Shown piece after piece: positions 18,101 through 30,118 of a stretch of 64,000 bases of DNA. Source of the stretch: Antedon mediterranea (taxonomy: Eukaryota; Animalia; Echinodermata); contig NC_092672.1 of NCBI RefSeq assembly GCF_964355755.1, positions 1,860,001 through 1,924,000 of the forward strand, given 5' to 3'. The notes below the pieces were generated by a model that had not been told where the DNA came from, ran no database searches, and was given only the letters and a program-made list of their open reading frames with translations. The position numbers were made by a program, and so were the translations under genes. Numbering within the stretch: the stretch's first letter is position 1; each line of letters begins with the position of its first letter.

Positions 18101-20976
18101 TTTTTTGTAAACTTTGTTTAGAAGTTTCAATTATTATACTTACCCATCATAGCGCGTTTGTTCAGCAACCACGAGCGCAGCCAAGAGGCATAGCACAGCA
18201 ACCGTTTTGTAATAATTCATTGTTACCCCTGTGACATCAACTACTCTTATGAACTGTAAGTTTTGTATATTACAGAATGTATTCATTATAATCATTATAT
18301 AAATTAAATACTAACATATTGCTGTTATTAAGCCTTCTGCCGCGTTCCCACCCTGAAGATTTGATAAATGTTGTTATCGCAACCTTGTCGAACCACAGGC
18401 TTATTTTCACGTGGTCTGATTGTTTTTCGCGCGCTTTATCGGCAGTTGGTAGAATATGACGATTGTGAAAGATTATTTTGTTTCTCTGACAATCAATCTT
18501 CTTAATAGATCGAAATAATGGTATAAATTATTCAATATACTGTTTTCAAATAATGGCAATATTTTTTTCCAAATATCAACCCTGTAAAACAAATTACTCT
18601 AATGAACGATAAGTTTGCCATTAGAAAATGTACTATGTTATTAAATAAATACTAAACATATTGTTGTTAAACCTGCTGCCGAATTCTCATCCTGAAGATT
18701 TGATAAAAATGTTCTTGTTATCAAATCAAGCTTGACAACGAGCTTTGCCTGCCTCTCACAAGATTTGCTTTCTCTACAGCTCACTATGTCGGTCGGTTGG
18801 TCGGTCGGTCGGTCGGTAAACACTAACTTGAGCACGCGACTGCAGCCATGTATATGGCCTTTTTTTTATTTCCCCTCTTAGTTACTCACATTATTGTACT
18901 TTATTACTGTGAATGAAAGAGAGAAATAAATGTTACTTTTTAATTGACTTGAACTATATTTTTTTTTTCGCGCGGTTTGGTTATCTTTTCGCGCGCTTTA
19001 TCAGCAGTTGGTTTCGGATATTACGATTGTGCAAGATTATATTCTTGCTTAATAATCGATACATTATTCAATACTGTAATACCAAATGCAATTGAGAAGT
19101 TACTTATTTCCAGTGTACGACACAACGTTTTGTTTAAAATGTTAATTGTATAACTTGAATGGAATTTTAAGATGTTAAACCTTAACCTCATTTTTGTATT
19201 TTTTTATGAACATTTTAAACTTTGAACAAACGAAAATAATTTCAAACCATTTACTGTATTTGACAACAAATAAATATAGCATATGAATGGAATAAACTAA
19301 CGCAAAATAGCAGAAAAAATCAATTCAAATTCATGCAAAATATATTTTTATTTCAAAAGTCTGTTTAAATGAAATTGTTGTCATTGAACATTGTGTACAT
19401 TGTACGAAGAAAACCTAAATAATTTGGCAAATCAAAAGTTGTACTTAGACTAGAAATAAAGAAAAACAGAAAAAAATACTGTTAGATGAGCAGAATAATG
19501 CTAATTGTACATATTAATGATATTAATTACAAAGTTGACATAAAAGATTCACTGTCTTAACCTACTTAAGAGCAATAAAATGGTAATTTTGTTTGAATAT
19601 TTTACTTCCAATAAATAATAACAAATTCATTTTGCCATTAACAGATAATTATTGTTTTTTACCATTGATGTGAATATTTAAGGAAGATTTAAAACTGTCG
19701 TAGTTTCAAACTCAATTGTAAATAGGTGATTTAGTTAAAGATGTGGCTGGATAGATATATACACTTTGTATAAAGAATTAACAGTATGGGTTGTGGGCCT
19801 AATGGCAGTAGAATTTTCGGACAGCCCTATTAAAGGGACACTTTATTGGGTCCCGAAATATATAACAGGCGTTATAACTCTAAATAATTACACAGCAAGG
19901 CACATTTAAATTACATAACACATAACTGCATAGTAGAAATAGTAATTTTTGGTCTTTGCTCTTTAGATAAATAAAAATTAATGAAAAGTTGTCAAAAATA
20001 TAGTAATCATAAAATGTTAATTCATTATTTGTTAGAACATAATGTTTAATACAACTGAAATTGAACAATCAATCACAAGACATAATATTGCTGTTAGGTT
20101 AGGTTGTGCTTTCTTAATAAGAAACATTCAAAACAAAGACTAGCTTTATTTGTGTTTACATTTCTTGGTGGTCTTATAACAGGGACGGTGTGCTTCCTTA
20201 AGAAAATATAACAATAATATTGATAATCTATTAATCGATAACCATGTAAGAATTACATCTTGTATTTAAAATGTTACTACTCTGCCTATTATCAAATAAT
20301 CTTTGGCAATTTGGAAAATAAAATTGAAAGAAAGAAAGTTGATATTATGTTTTGATTGCAATAAATAAATAAACAACAATATAATAAGATAAATGAAATA
20401 GAAATAACAGAAAAACAAAATAATATTACTTATCGTAAATTTTGAAACATGAAATGTGGACTTATGTTATTATTCTATGCATATTGTCATAGAAGAATGT
20501 TCTAAAAGGATCTCTATATAAGATATTATATTAAGGTCCAATTTGAGAGCTGTCTGTGACAACAACCATACCTACAGAAATGTATTGTCATTCATTTTAA
20601 TAAATTATTAAATTATTTTTAAAAAGCGAGAATGGGAAGAATATAACAATAAAATCAATATAGAAATAAAATGTATCATATAAAATACATCATTATTTTG
20701 TACAAATTAAGATTATTACCTTATATGGTATTGTTATATTTAAAGCATTTTCATGCATAATTTAATCATTAATAAATAGATAAATAAATAATGTTATTCC
20801 AGATTTGTTAATAGTTTAAAGATAAAATAATTTAAAGAAAAGGTTTCGAAAGCATTTGCAAGATACAATATTTTACATTTTACCAAACATTTCACAACAA
20901 TCATATATTATCATACAACATTTTAGTCACACTGGTGAAACTAAAAAGATCAAAAACATTGCCAAACAAAGACTAA

Positions 20977-21157
20977 AGTTCTGTCTGAACTATCAAAACT
21001 TTATGTGACAAAAAATATGATGTGTCCATATATGGACATAATGATGTTATATCACTACCATATTTGGACAGATCACTACCATATTTGTACATATCACTAC
21101 CATATTTGGGCAAAATACACTTTTTTGTCCAACTTGTTTGATAATGTAGACAGAGCT
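20977..21157. mobile_element. High-copy MITE family (AGCTCTGTCTACACTATCAAAC TIR, Harbinger-like)
   Basis: TIRs plus internal ATATCACTACCATATTTGG repeats. Further copies near 17170-17198, 25372-25488, 28990-29139, 29592-29683, 34779-34901, 40220-40351, 45432-45548, 58282-58470 and 60562-60698. Confidence 0.85.
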
Positions 21158-22154
21158 TAAAAAACACACAAATATATATTATATTAAACACAAATACCTA
21201 ATTATTATATATTGCATAATTTAATTTATATATTGAACATTGTTAGCTTTGTCACAGCAACATTTATATATTGAACATTGTTAGCTTTGTCACAGCAACA
21301 TTTATCATTTTATTTCAGAATTGAAGACAACTTTCCAAACTCATAATCGTGCTAGAAATAAGTCTGATTGTTGGTAAGTCCAGAATGTATTTAAAAAAAA
21401 AATAAACTGGGGTGCCTAGATATCTTAGATTTTAAAGATCTGTTTTTAGTTTTCTAGATCTAGAAAACCAAGATATCTTAGATCTTAGTTTTATAGATCT
21501 GATGATGGGTGTCTAGAAAAGGTTTTTCTAAAAATCCAAATTTCAGATTTACCAGGATACCTGGTTTTTATGGGCGAGGGTAACTAGAAAGTCTTCATCA
21601 GTTTCCCCAAATCTCACCATCAACAATGTTGTTATATTATTAAATATATTGTGCAAACCAATAGATAACAACTTAATAATTATCATTTTTGGTGAGGTAA
21701 GTTTGTTTCCCTATTAAGGTGGTACCATTTTATTGCCAATGTTTTTTCCATTTTTTTTTTATTTATTCAATTTTTTCTTTCTTACAAAGTTTATTTCAGT
21801 TTAAACCAGAAACAACATTTTTCACAACTTTTTTTGTACCTTTTAACGCAAAGCAAAATAAAAATCAAATTATTTAAATAATTTCCCTCAATGCTATTTT
21901 TGTTGAGGAAAATCCCAATTATTCTGACTACTAATATTAAAACTATGTTTTTAAATATGTATAGAAATTGTAACACTTTTTATAGCATTTCAGACGATTT
22001 AGTTTCATTTCCTGATGCAATAGAAACCTATATTAGACAATAATCTCCTACCCTTATCAGATATTATAGTATTTGTAGCTACTAGCAGATATCTTTACTT
22101 TCTTTATGTCAAATCATTAAAAAATAACTAAGTTGAATCATTCAATAAACTAAT

Positions 22155-22512
22155 ATATTTGGTGTGGTGGTATTGGTATGAGTGATGGTATTGGTGGTAG
22201 TATTGTTATTGGTCGAATTAGTATTGTTATTGGTATTATTTGTATTGGTACGAGTGATATTGGTATTGTAGGTGGTATTGTTGGTGGTATTGGCATTGGT
22301 GGTGGTATTGTTATTGGTGGTATGGTATTGGTAGTAGTAATGGTATTGGTGTCTAGAAAACTCAGATCTAGAAAACTCTGAGTTCTGACTTTTCTAGATC
22401 CGAGTTTTCTAGACACCCTATTGGTATTGGTGGTGGTGGCAGTATTGTTATTGTTGTTGGTATTGGTGGTGGTAATATTAGTGATGGTGGTGGTAATATT
22501 AGTGATGGTGTT
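22155..22512. repeat. GGT/ATT low-complexity repeat interrupted by a 70-bp palindromic mini-element (22348-22419)
   Basis: GGTATT/GGTGGT runs; GGTGTCTAGAAAACTC.GATCTAGAAAA...TTTTCTAGATC.GAGTTTTCTAGACACC; related sequence at 21410-21590. Confidence 0.75.
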
Positions 22513-23020
22513 CAGCATAATTACTGAATGTTTTTTTAAAAAACAGAACGTAGCTTCTGGTTTACTCTGTTAATAAATGTTACCTCAAAATGAAGTACCT
22601 TGTCCGTATATCTAATATTCAAATTGTTAATCGTAATTGTTAGAATTTGTAAATAAAAACCTGAAAGAAGTCACCAACAAAATCAACATCAAAACATTTT
22701 TGTTGGCAACTTGGTTGAAAGGTCACCCAATGCACTGTACCGTATCTCTACATGACCTGTTCAGTATCAAAGGTAAATTTCGTAAAGCCTGTATTTTTAG
22801 GTTAGGATAAGACTTATGGACTATGATACAGTGTAACATGTAACACACATATGACAGTGTATTACAGAATTTGCCTATGATACTGGATAAATAGATACAA
22901 TACTTGGGATGTGCTACATAGACATTTGTAACTATCGTTACAGCACCAACATTTCATCATTAATCTGATATATCTTCTTACTTCTTGTTTAGTAATAATT
23001 TGGTAGTTTTTAGTTGTTTT

Positions 23021-26000
23021 TTAGCAACAGTCACTTTTCTGTTTTCCTTCAGTATGTGGACTTCCTGACAGTGTTATGGGTTTTTCTGATTCTAAAATAA
23101 GAAAAATAGTTTATTTTAATCAAACAATTTGTTTATTTGTTAATTGCCTAGCCTTATTCAGATTCTAAGAATGCGCTGCTTATTGAATTAATACAGTAGT
23201 TGTAACAGTTGCACAAGCTATCACAACACATATTAGCTTGTAAGCATGCTCAGAACTTGTTTATTCTCACTTACTACTATTGCTTAGCAGATTACTCCCG
23301 CCTCCTATCCTTTTTCCAACCATCCTCGACTCAATATCATCTAATTCTTTCCGAACAGAAAAATCAAATGAAAGCGCTGCTACCCTTTGAAAAAAATCTG
23401 CTACATTTTCCCCTGCAAGAATTAAAAATTAATCAAGTACGTAATTATATATTTCTAGTTTCCTGGACTTTCTGCTGGAAATATTTATATTTATTTATTT
23501 TAGGCAAGCCAAGGTTTATGAGCACTGTAATTTCCATTAATATTTTGGACAATAAATGAATCTGTATTCTCACTCACGAGAACGATCAAAGCATATTGAT
23601 CAAAACGTCAAGAAATTCAACAATTCTTTATACGTGATGTAACTTTATAAACATAAGTCATTAAAATTATCTCATCTTTATCGCTATCTCATTAATGTAT
23701 TTTCAGTATTGCTAGAGTACATACTAAAACTACCCAAATAATAAACAATAAGTGAATGTTGTAACGGATTGTGTCATATGAGATTTTGGTTATTGTAAGT
23801 CACATGGTTTCAGTTGTGTTCTTACCAAGACATTCTTGTTTGCATCAATTTGTTTTTTTAAAGTACTAATGTATAAAATATTGTGGTTGTCGTAGAGTAG
23901 AACACCTATTAAGGGGACACCTTTAGGACCTAACAAAGTGTCTTCTTAATAGGGACACCTTCAGGAGCCAACAAAGTGTCTTCTTAATAGGGACACCTTC
24001 AGGAGCCAACAAAGTGTCTTCTTAATAGGGACACCTTCAGGACCCAACAAAGTGTCTTCTTAATAGGGACACCTTCAGGAGCCAACAAAGTGTCTTCTTA
24101 ATAGGGACACCTTCAGGACCCAACAAAGTGTCTTCTTAATAGGGACACCTTCAGGAGCCAACAAAGTGTCTTCTTAATAGGGACACCTTCAGGAGCCAAC
24201 AAAGTGTCTTCTTAATAGGGACACCTTCAGGACCCAACAAAGTGTCTTCTTAATAAGGGTTGATCATAGTGTTAAAACATTTCTCCTTGTTTGTTTCACA
24301 GAAAAGAATACATTAATGGGGGTGTTCCCTGAACAGAGATGTCTACTATGAGGTTTTTACTGTATGTTGATCTATGCAATCCCTATTGTGTGATTGTTTG
24401 AATGTGCACAATACTTGCCTGTTAAAGATGATACAGCCCAGTATTCTCCTTGGATTTCATTGGCTAACTTTGTGGCCAGGCCCTCTAACTCATGTAACTG
24501 ATGATCTGCCTGAGAAGTCATAAAAAGTAATTATTTCACTATATAAAATGTCAAAGGAAACATAGACATAAAGGGTTTGACAAGATTGGTGTGGTAATGT
24601 GGGTGTGGTAATGTGGGGGTGGAAAGATGGGGTGGCAATGAGTATATATTTAGATAAATAAATGAAAAAAAGGGTGAAAGTACACAAAAACAATTGTCTT
24701 ACACATAGATCTCTTTTTGTTCCAACTAAGAAAACGTGAGCGTCTTTTCTACACTCGTGTTTCGCTTCATCGTACCATTTTCTAGCGTGTTGAAGGGTGT
24801 ACGGGTCGGACATGTCAAACACCACGATCACAACTAACAGAGACATAGAGTTTACGGTAATTGTAATTCTGTAGCGGAAATTTCTGGTAAAACTTATCAA
24901 AATAACAGATCAATATCCAACAGTTAGTAATCGATACTAAACCTATTTCAAGCAAGACAATCTAACAGGACAATATAGGAACTTGTAACAGTCCTTTGAT
25001 CTTATGTCTGGCTGCCACAAATACCAACAGTACTGTAATGTACATATTCTCCGTAGCGCTCGGTGTCTGGGGCGTGGAACTGATCGTATCGCAGCCACAG
25101 ATAAAGCCTTTTGAAAATCTGCGTAGATAAATTCTAAGTTAATTTGGGGATATAAAAAAGTAATTGCAAGTAACAATACCATGTGCTCCCCTATAGTAAG
25201 CCGCAGCTATACATTTAAATCGTTCTTGACCTGCTGTGTCCCATCTGAAAAAAAGAGATTCATGTATTTATATATACCGTATATAATTGAGTATAGTCCC
25301 AGGGGGGCTGGGGTACAAAATTTGAAATTGTGATCTGATTGCCTTATTAATGATGCATTTACAGAACCATTGTCTGTCTAAACTCAAACTAGTCAAACTA
25401 GTTTGACAAAAAAACATGTGATGTGCCCAAATATGGTAGTGATATGCTTAAATATGGTAGTGATATGACATCATCATGTCCATTATAGTGAGTGAGTTTA
25501 TACTTGCACGGTAGTAATAGTACAGTAGTACGTCACCCTGGTCAGTCACAAAGAATACATGACAAAACATATTTATTTCTACCCTTAAAATGTATAATTA
25601 ATATGAACACTGAAATAATTAAACAAAATCTTAAATATTCTACATTGTGTTTCTTCATAAAGATGACATTTTCCACTTACATTTGTAAATTAAACGGTAC
25701 ATTCAAAATATCGAACCTCTCTACTTCAAAGTCGACTCCGATTGTAGCTTTATAATCCCGATCAAATACTTCATGACAGAAACGGTTGACAAGGCATGTC
25801 TTGCCGACAGCTACATCGCCAATTACAATCGCTTTGGAAACTTTTAATCTGTAAATATAAGCATTGATTAAACAAATTACTTAATGAAAAAGGTCAGGTC
25901 ACGGCGGCATGACTTGTCCTAAACTCACTTACCCTACAGTTCCAGTTTTGTTCGACAGGCACGCTGTTCTTACTTTAGGGGTGAATTCATTTTGTTTGTA

Positions 26001-26465
26001 CGCTGAAGCAATGTCTAGATAACACTGAAAAAAAATATTGTAATAATAAATATAATACTTTTAGACATAGGCCTAGGCCTATATATATTTATAATATTAT
26101 TAGGGACCCAATAGAATACTATTACAAAACTAACTTCCTCTTAATCTTATCTATGATCCCTATATTATTATTAATCTGTAAATTGTATACATTAGGTTTT
26201 TAAAATCCTTAAGCTATTCCCAGGCATAGGGATGGAAATGACGGCGTAGGAGGCTTAACTGAGAGACAGGTCACAACAGGTGAATCCACAGTGCACTTGC
26301 TGCTGAATGCAAAAAGAAACTTTACTATTTTACTGTACTTTACTATCGACGTCGATGACAGATTTTACAGTGCAAGGAGTAGTAGGCATTGATTGGGCTT
26401 AAATAACTTACCGCAGGAAAGGATATTATTGATCTCTCTCTTGGTGTCCTAGATAAACTGTGCAT
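23021..26465 (-). CDS. RAB34: Rab GTPase of the RAB34/RAB36 subfamily, 8 coding exons
   Basis: Exons 26465-26412, 26024-25933, 25848-25681 ([22 protein letters not shown]), 25244-25180 ([20 protein letters not shown]), 24833-24703 (VGTKRD), 24509-24419 (EYWAVSS; GC donor), 23412-23275, 23091-23021 (C-terminal CC). Phases are consistent. Confidence 0.92.
23893..24364. mobile_element. Tc1/mariner-pogo-like MITE with an internal 38-bp minisatellite
   Basis: TA-flanked (C/G)AGTA...TACTG ends; about 9 copies of AATAGGGACACCTTCAGGA(G/C)CCAACAAAGTGTCTTCTT (23910-24251); unexpanded relatives near 19806-19878, 43419-43508 and 52739-52907. Confidence 0.75.
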
Positions 26466-26849
26466 ATCTTCTGTTGTTTTATCTATCCAACTGATATTGA
26501 GGAAATTTATCTGCCAGTAGTAATAAATTCGAAAGTTTCCCTATATTCACACAGCTCAACTTTCGTTTTCAGTCTGTTTTGTTGACATGAGAGAGGTGAC
26601 CGGAACAGGAAACCCAGTTCTTTCTGGGTAATATACTTGTGAAAGTTCACAATTTGTACGCGATTTAGTTACTTTACTGTACAATATTTTTATTAAAACC
26701 TTTAATATAATTCATTTATGTATTATTAATTTTTGTAATAAAATTATATTATTTTACTTGTTGCATTTATTGTAATTAACATTTTTTTAATTGAAAATAT
26801 AATATACAATTTTATAAAATGATATTGGACGATCGGTCTCTTTTTCAAC
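26466..26849. promoter_or_regulatory. Putative bidirectional promoter RAB34/RPL23A with a TCT/5'TOP motif
   Basis: Divergent start codons about 385 bp apart; CTCTTTTTC at 26838-26846 just before the RPL23A ATG. Confidence 0.7.
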
Positions 26850-29800
26850 ATGGGTACCAAAACTCGATCCCAAGGTTAGAAATCTGTCTTATTTTTTCGT
26901 TTTTCGTGACTAACTGAATAAATGAAGATTTTTTCGATGTACTATTCAATACATAAATTATCGAACTTACAGAAAATGTTTAAATATATTTCAAATTATA
27001 TTAAGATAAGCTATTTTTAATGAAATAGAGGTACATACTTCTTCCTCGTGTTGATGTGGCTCACGCAGACTAAGGCCTAGGCTAGGCCTACCTATATGAC
27101 GTGGGCCTGCGCACAGTTGACCGACCAGGCTATGCCTAGCTACTGAAATTGGTACAACTAAGTAACGCTAGTTTATTAATTATTTATTATTTAACACTCA
27201 TAATTGGCCTAGATTGATTACACTTTCCTACCTAACAAAATATTTAATTATTTATAAATTAAAAATAAATAAATTAATATTAATAATAGATTTTTTTAAA
27301 TAGGTTTTTTCTTCAATTTTTAACATCTTGTCACCAATAAATAAGGAAGACTTTTTTATGCATATACATAGATTATTTTTATTCATCAAAGAAATTGGTA
27401 GCTAATAAAATTCTTGTGTGTTTTATAATTTTTGTATGGCTATTAATTATTTATTTTATGAAACCGATAATGCTACTTAATTTTAACTCTGTGGGTACTG
27501 TATGCTTATGACAAGCATATTTTTAGCATTGTGTAATTGTATCATTCCTGTAATGTTACCCACTTCTGAATATTGACATTAAATACAGTGTATTTTGATT
27601 TACAGCGCAACGAAAAGCCGGCAAGAAAGGCCCTGCCACCCTTGAGTCTGCCTCAAAAGTTGAGGCTAGGGCTAAGAAAGACGATGTAAGAGCCCGAGCA
27701 AAGGCCAAGAGTGATGCACTAAAGGTTAGTTAACAGAAATGTGGGTGAAAGGTTTTATAAAACACTCATAGGTATTATTATGTAGTCGATATAGTGTATC
27801 TTTATTACAACTCTTTACTTGTTTATCTTTATGTTTACTTATATATATTTGTATGTCATTGTATTTTTATGTGAACAATTGTGAATCATGAATTTCTGAA
27901 AGGACCAAATAAAGCTGAATCTGAAATGTTATTAATAATGTGGTTTTTCTATTTTCCCAGGCTAAGAAATCGGTAATGAAGGGAGGCGTTCCATTCCGGC
28001 AAAAGAAGGTTCATACCAAGGTCACGTTTCGAAGACCAAAGACTCTCTCGCTGACACGTAATCCAAAATATCCCAGGAGGACCGTTGCCAGGAGGAACAA
28101 GTTGGATGACTACAGCATCATCAAGTTTCCTTTAACCACAGAGAGTGCTATGAAGAAAATTGAAGATAACAACACACTTGTCTTCATCGTTGCCCTCAAA
28201 GCCAACAAGTTCCAGATCAAGACTGCTGTCAAGAAACTATATGACATTAAAGTGTCAAAGGTCAACACACTCATCAGGTAAATATGTCATTTCAACAACT
28301 TATGACATTTTTTTCAGAAATATTAAAATGAATTCCGATGTACTGTAAAACTCCTTTGAGACACCCCTTTGAAAGGGATGTAAAGGCGATGGTCCAGTGT
28401 ACATAGTGCACAATAAAGAACTTGGTACACTATTCCCAAGAGTAGGGGATCGTCTCCTGGTGTGCTGATCTAGTAGGCGCGGCACTGCTGGCTACCGTGG
28501 GTCCGTAGCGGGCCTAATCCACATTTCCTTGACTTCCCGTTAAGCTTCAGGACCAGTACCTTTACTTTACCTTCTTTTTTACGTACTTTACAGTAAAACC
28601 AACGATGGGTAATAATAATAATAGATCATTCTTATATAGCGCATATAAGCAAGCTCTCAATGCGCTGGGTAGTATATTTTATAACACTATTGCCTTGTTA
28701 GGAGATATTTTGTGGGGGCTGAGGTGTCCACTTAATATGATTACTACTGTAGAAGATAAATTTATACAAACAAGAATACTGCTTTTGTGTATACATGATA
28801 TATGCCTCAATGTTCTATCTCAAGCAATGTGCAACAATAGTGAGTTGAAACTTGTGTTATCCTATACATATTATTGTGCCGTTTTGCTCACTTAAAAAGT
28901 TCATTTAAATGCACAGAAAGTATATTAAATTATATCAAATGCAATATGTACTTGTTCAACTAGGGAGCTTTCATTTTGCGACGAATTAAATCTCTGTCCA
29001 CACTATCAAACTAGTTTTGTGATGTGCCAAAATATGGTAGTGATAAGTCCAAATATGGTAGTGATTTGACATCAGCATGCCCATATATGGGCACATCACA
29101 TTTTATTGTCACATAATTTTTAGTAGTGTAGAGAGAGCTTAAGAACTAGATATGTTACATGTAAAATCATTTTACCCAAGACGGAGACAGTTTATGTATT
29201 TATTTATTACCATATTTACTGAGGGTAGCCTATCCAGTTCCTAATAGAACTGATCATTCAGGGCCCTCGAAGGGTAGTAAATGATGTACTTCCTTACTGG
29301 ATTCCAGTTCTGGCGGAGTTCTTCAAGAGTTTTGTAAAAGTGTTCATATTTGTGAAGAGTACACTAAAAAAAAAGTAGTTCATGGGCTTCTTTTCGAGGC
29401 TTTATGGTATGCCACTCAAAAGCATATTTGGTTGCAGTGGTGATAGTTGATGAATCATTTCACACAAAAAATGTACTATATTGTGAATGTTTTACATTTT
29501 ATTTTTCAGACCTGATGGACAGAAAAAAGCTTACGTGAGGTTGGAATCTGATTACGATGCTTTAGACGTTGCAAACAAGGCAAGTTGTTTAAAGCTCTGT
29601 CAATACTATCAAACTTTGTGAAAAAAATGTGATGTGCCCATATATGGACATGATGATGTCATATCACTACTATATTTGGGCACAACAAGTTAAAAGGCTG
29701 TATCTCAGCTTGGTTCCCACTCAACACAAAGACGCAAGCGCACCCGCAGTTGATTTGACCAATCAAGACAGGATGGATCATCTGAAGTGTTGTTTGTAAT

Positions 29801-29978
29801 TGGTCAACTCACTTGCATTGCGTCAATATGGGAATAAAACTTTAAAGGCCTTATGATAACAAACTTGTTTATATTTAAAGATGGTATCTTAACAAGTTAA
29901 AGTTAAGTTAGTTAAAGGCTCACCACAATATATTTTTAATCTTTTTATTTTGTTTTCTTTCAGATTGGAATAATATAA
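26850..29978 (+). CDS. RPL23A: 60S ribosomal protein L23a (uL23), 5 coding exons
   Basis: Exons 26850-26874, 27606-27724, 27961-28277 ([31 protein letters not shown]), 29510-29579 ([21 protein letters not shown]; GC donor), 29964-29978 (IGII*); AATAAA about 60 nt after the stop. Confidence 0.97.
28352..28575 (+). mobile_element. SINE fragment, Deu-domain-like
   Basis: GGGATGTAAAG..G.TGGTCC...TGCAC..TAAAGAAC...CACT..AAGAGTAGGGG resembles the DeuSINE core as I recall it; ends in a CCTTTA-type tail. Confidence 0.5.
29196..29430 (-). mobile_element. Probable 3' end of a CR1/L2-group LINE
   Basis: Minus strand ends GAGGGCCC..CAGTTC..GAACTG..GGCTACCCTC (stem-loop) followed by a TAAATAAT-like tail. 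Confidence 0.4.
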
Positions 29979-30118
29979 ACCCGATTCGACAAAACCATGT
30001 TGCAAATTTGTTGTCTATAAAAGTATCATCTGAGTAAAATAAATAAAGAAAAAAAATGAAAATTGATGTTTTGTGTTTTATAGTTTGTTGCAATTGTGAA
30101 AGAGGGAGAAGATGGCAA

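Larger units (their letters stand above)
12655..18220 (-). pseudogene. M14A metallocarboxypeptidase (CPA-like) pseudogene, 9 exons
   Basis: Exons 18220-18144 (signal peptide), 17752-17447 (YKVFRV propeptide..YHTYDE), 17315-17214, 16958-16873 (REWISPAT), 16651-16538 (NVDGY), 15774-15684 (WRKTR..DPNRNW), 15442-15234 (DWHSY), 13241-13157, 12821-12655 (SGSSLDW..VELRD). All introns GT-AG. Frameshift near 17488, a deletion removing the first Zn ligand His, and an LTR insertion in the last exon. Confidence 0.88.

Noticed and set aside
22150-22518. Thr/Pro/Ile- and Gly/Ile-rich ORFs
   Set aside because: Low-complexity repeat; no splice or homology support.
23910-24251. CRISPR-like regular repeats
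   Set aside because: Head-to-tail units without unique spacers; eukaryotic intron; no cas genes.
27480-27930. Intronic snoRNAs in RPL23A (the vertebrate gene hosts C/D snoRNAs); GTGGGTA..TACCCAC stem at 27491-27563 and CTGA boxes near 27896-27924
   Set aside because: No convincing C box, terminal stem or rRNA guide identified by eye; needs Infernal/snoscan.
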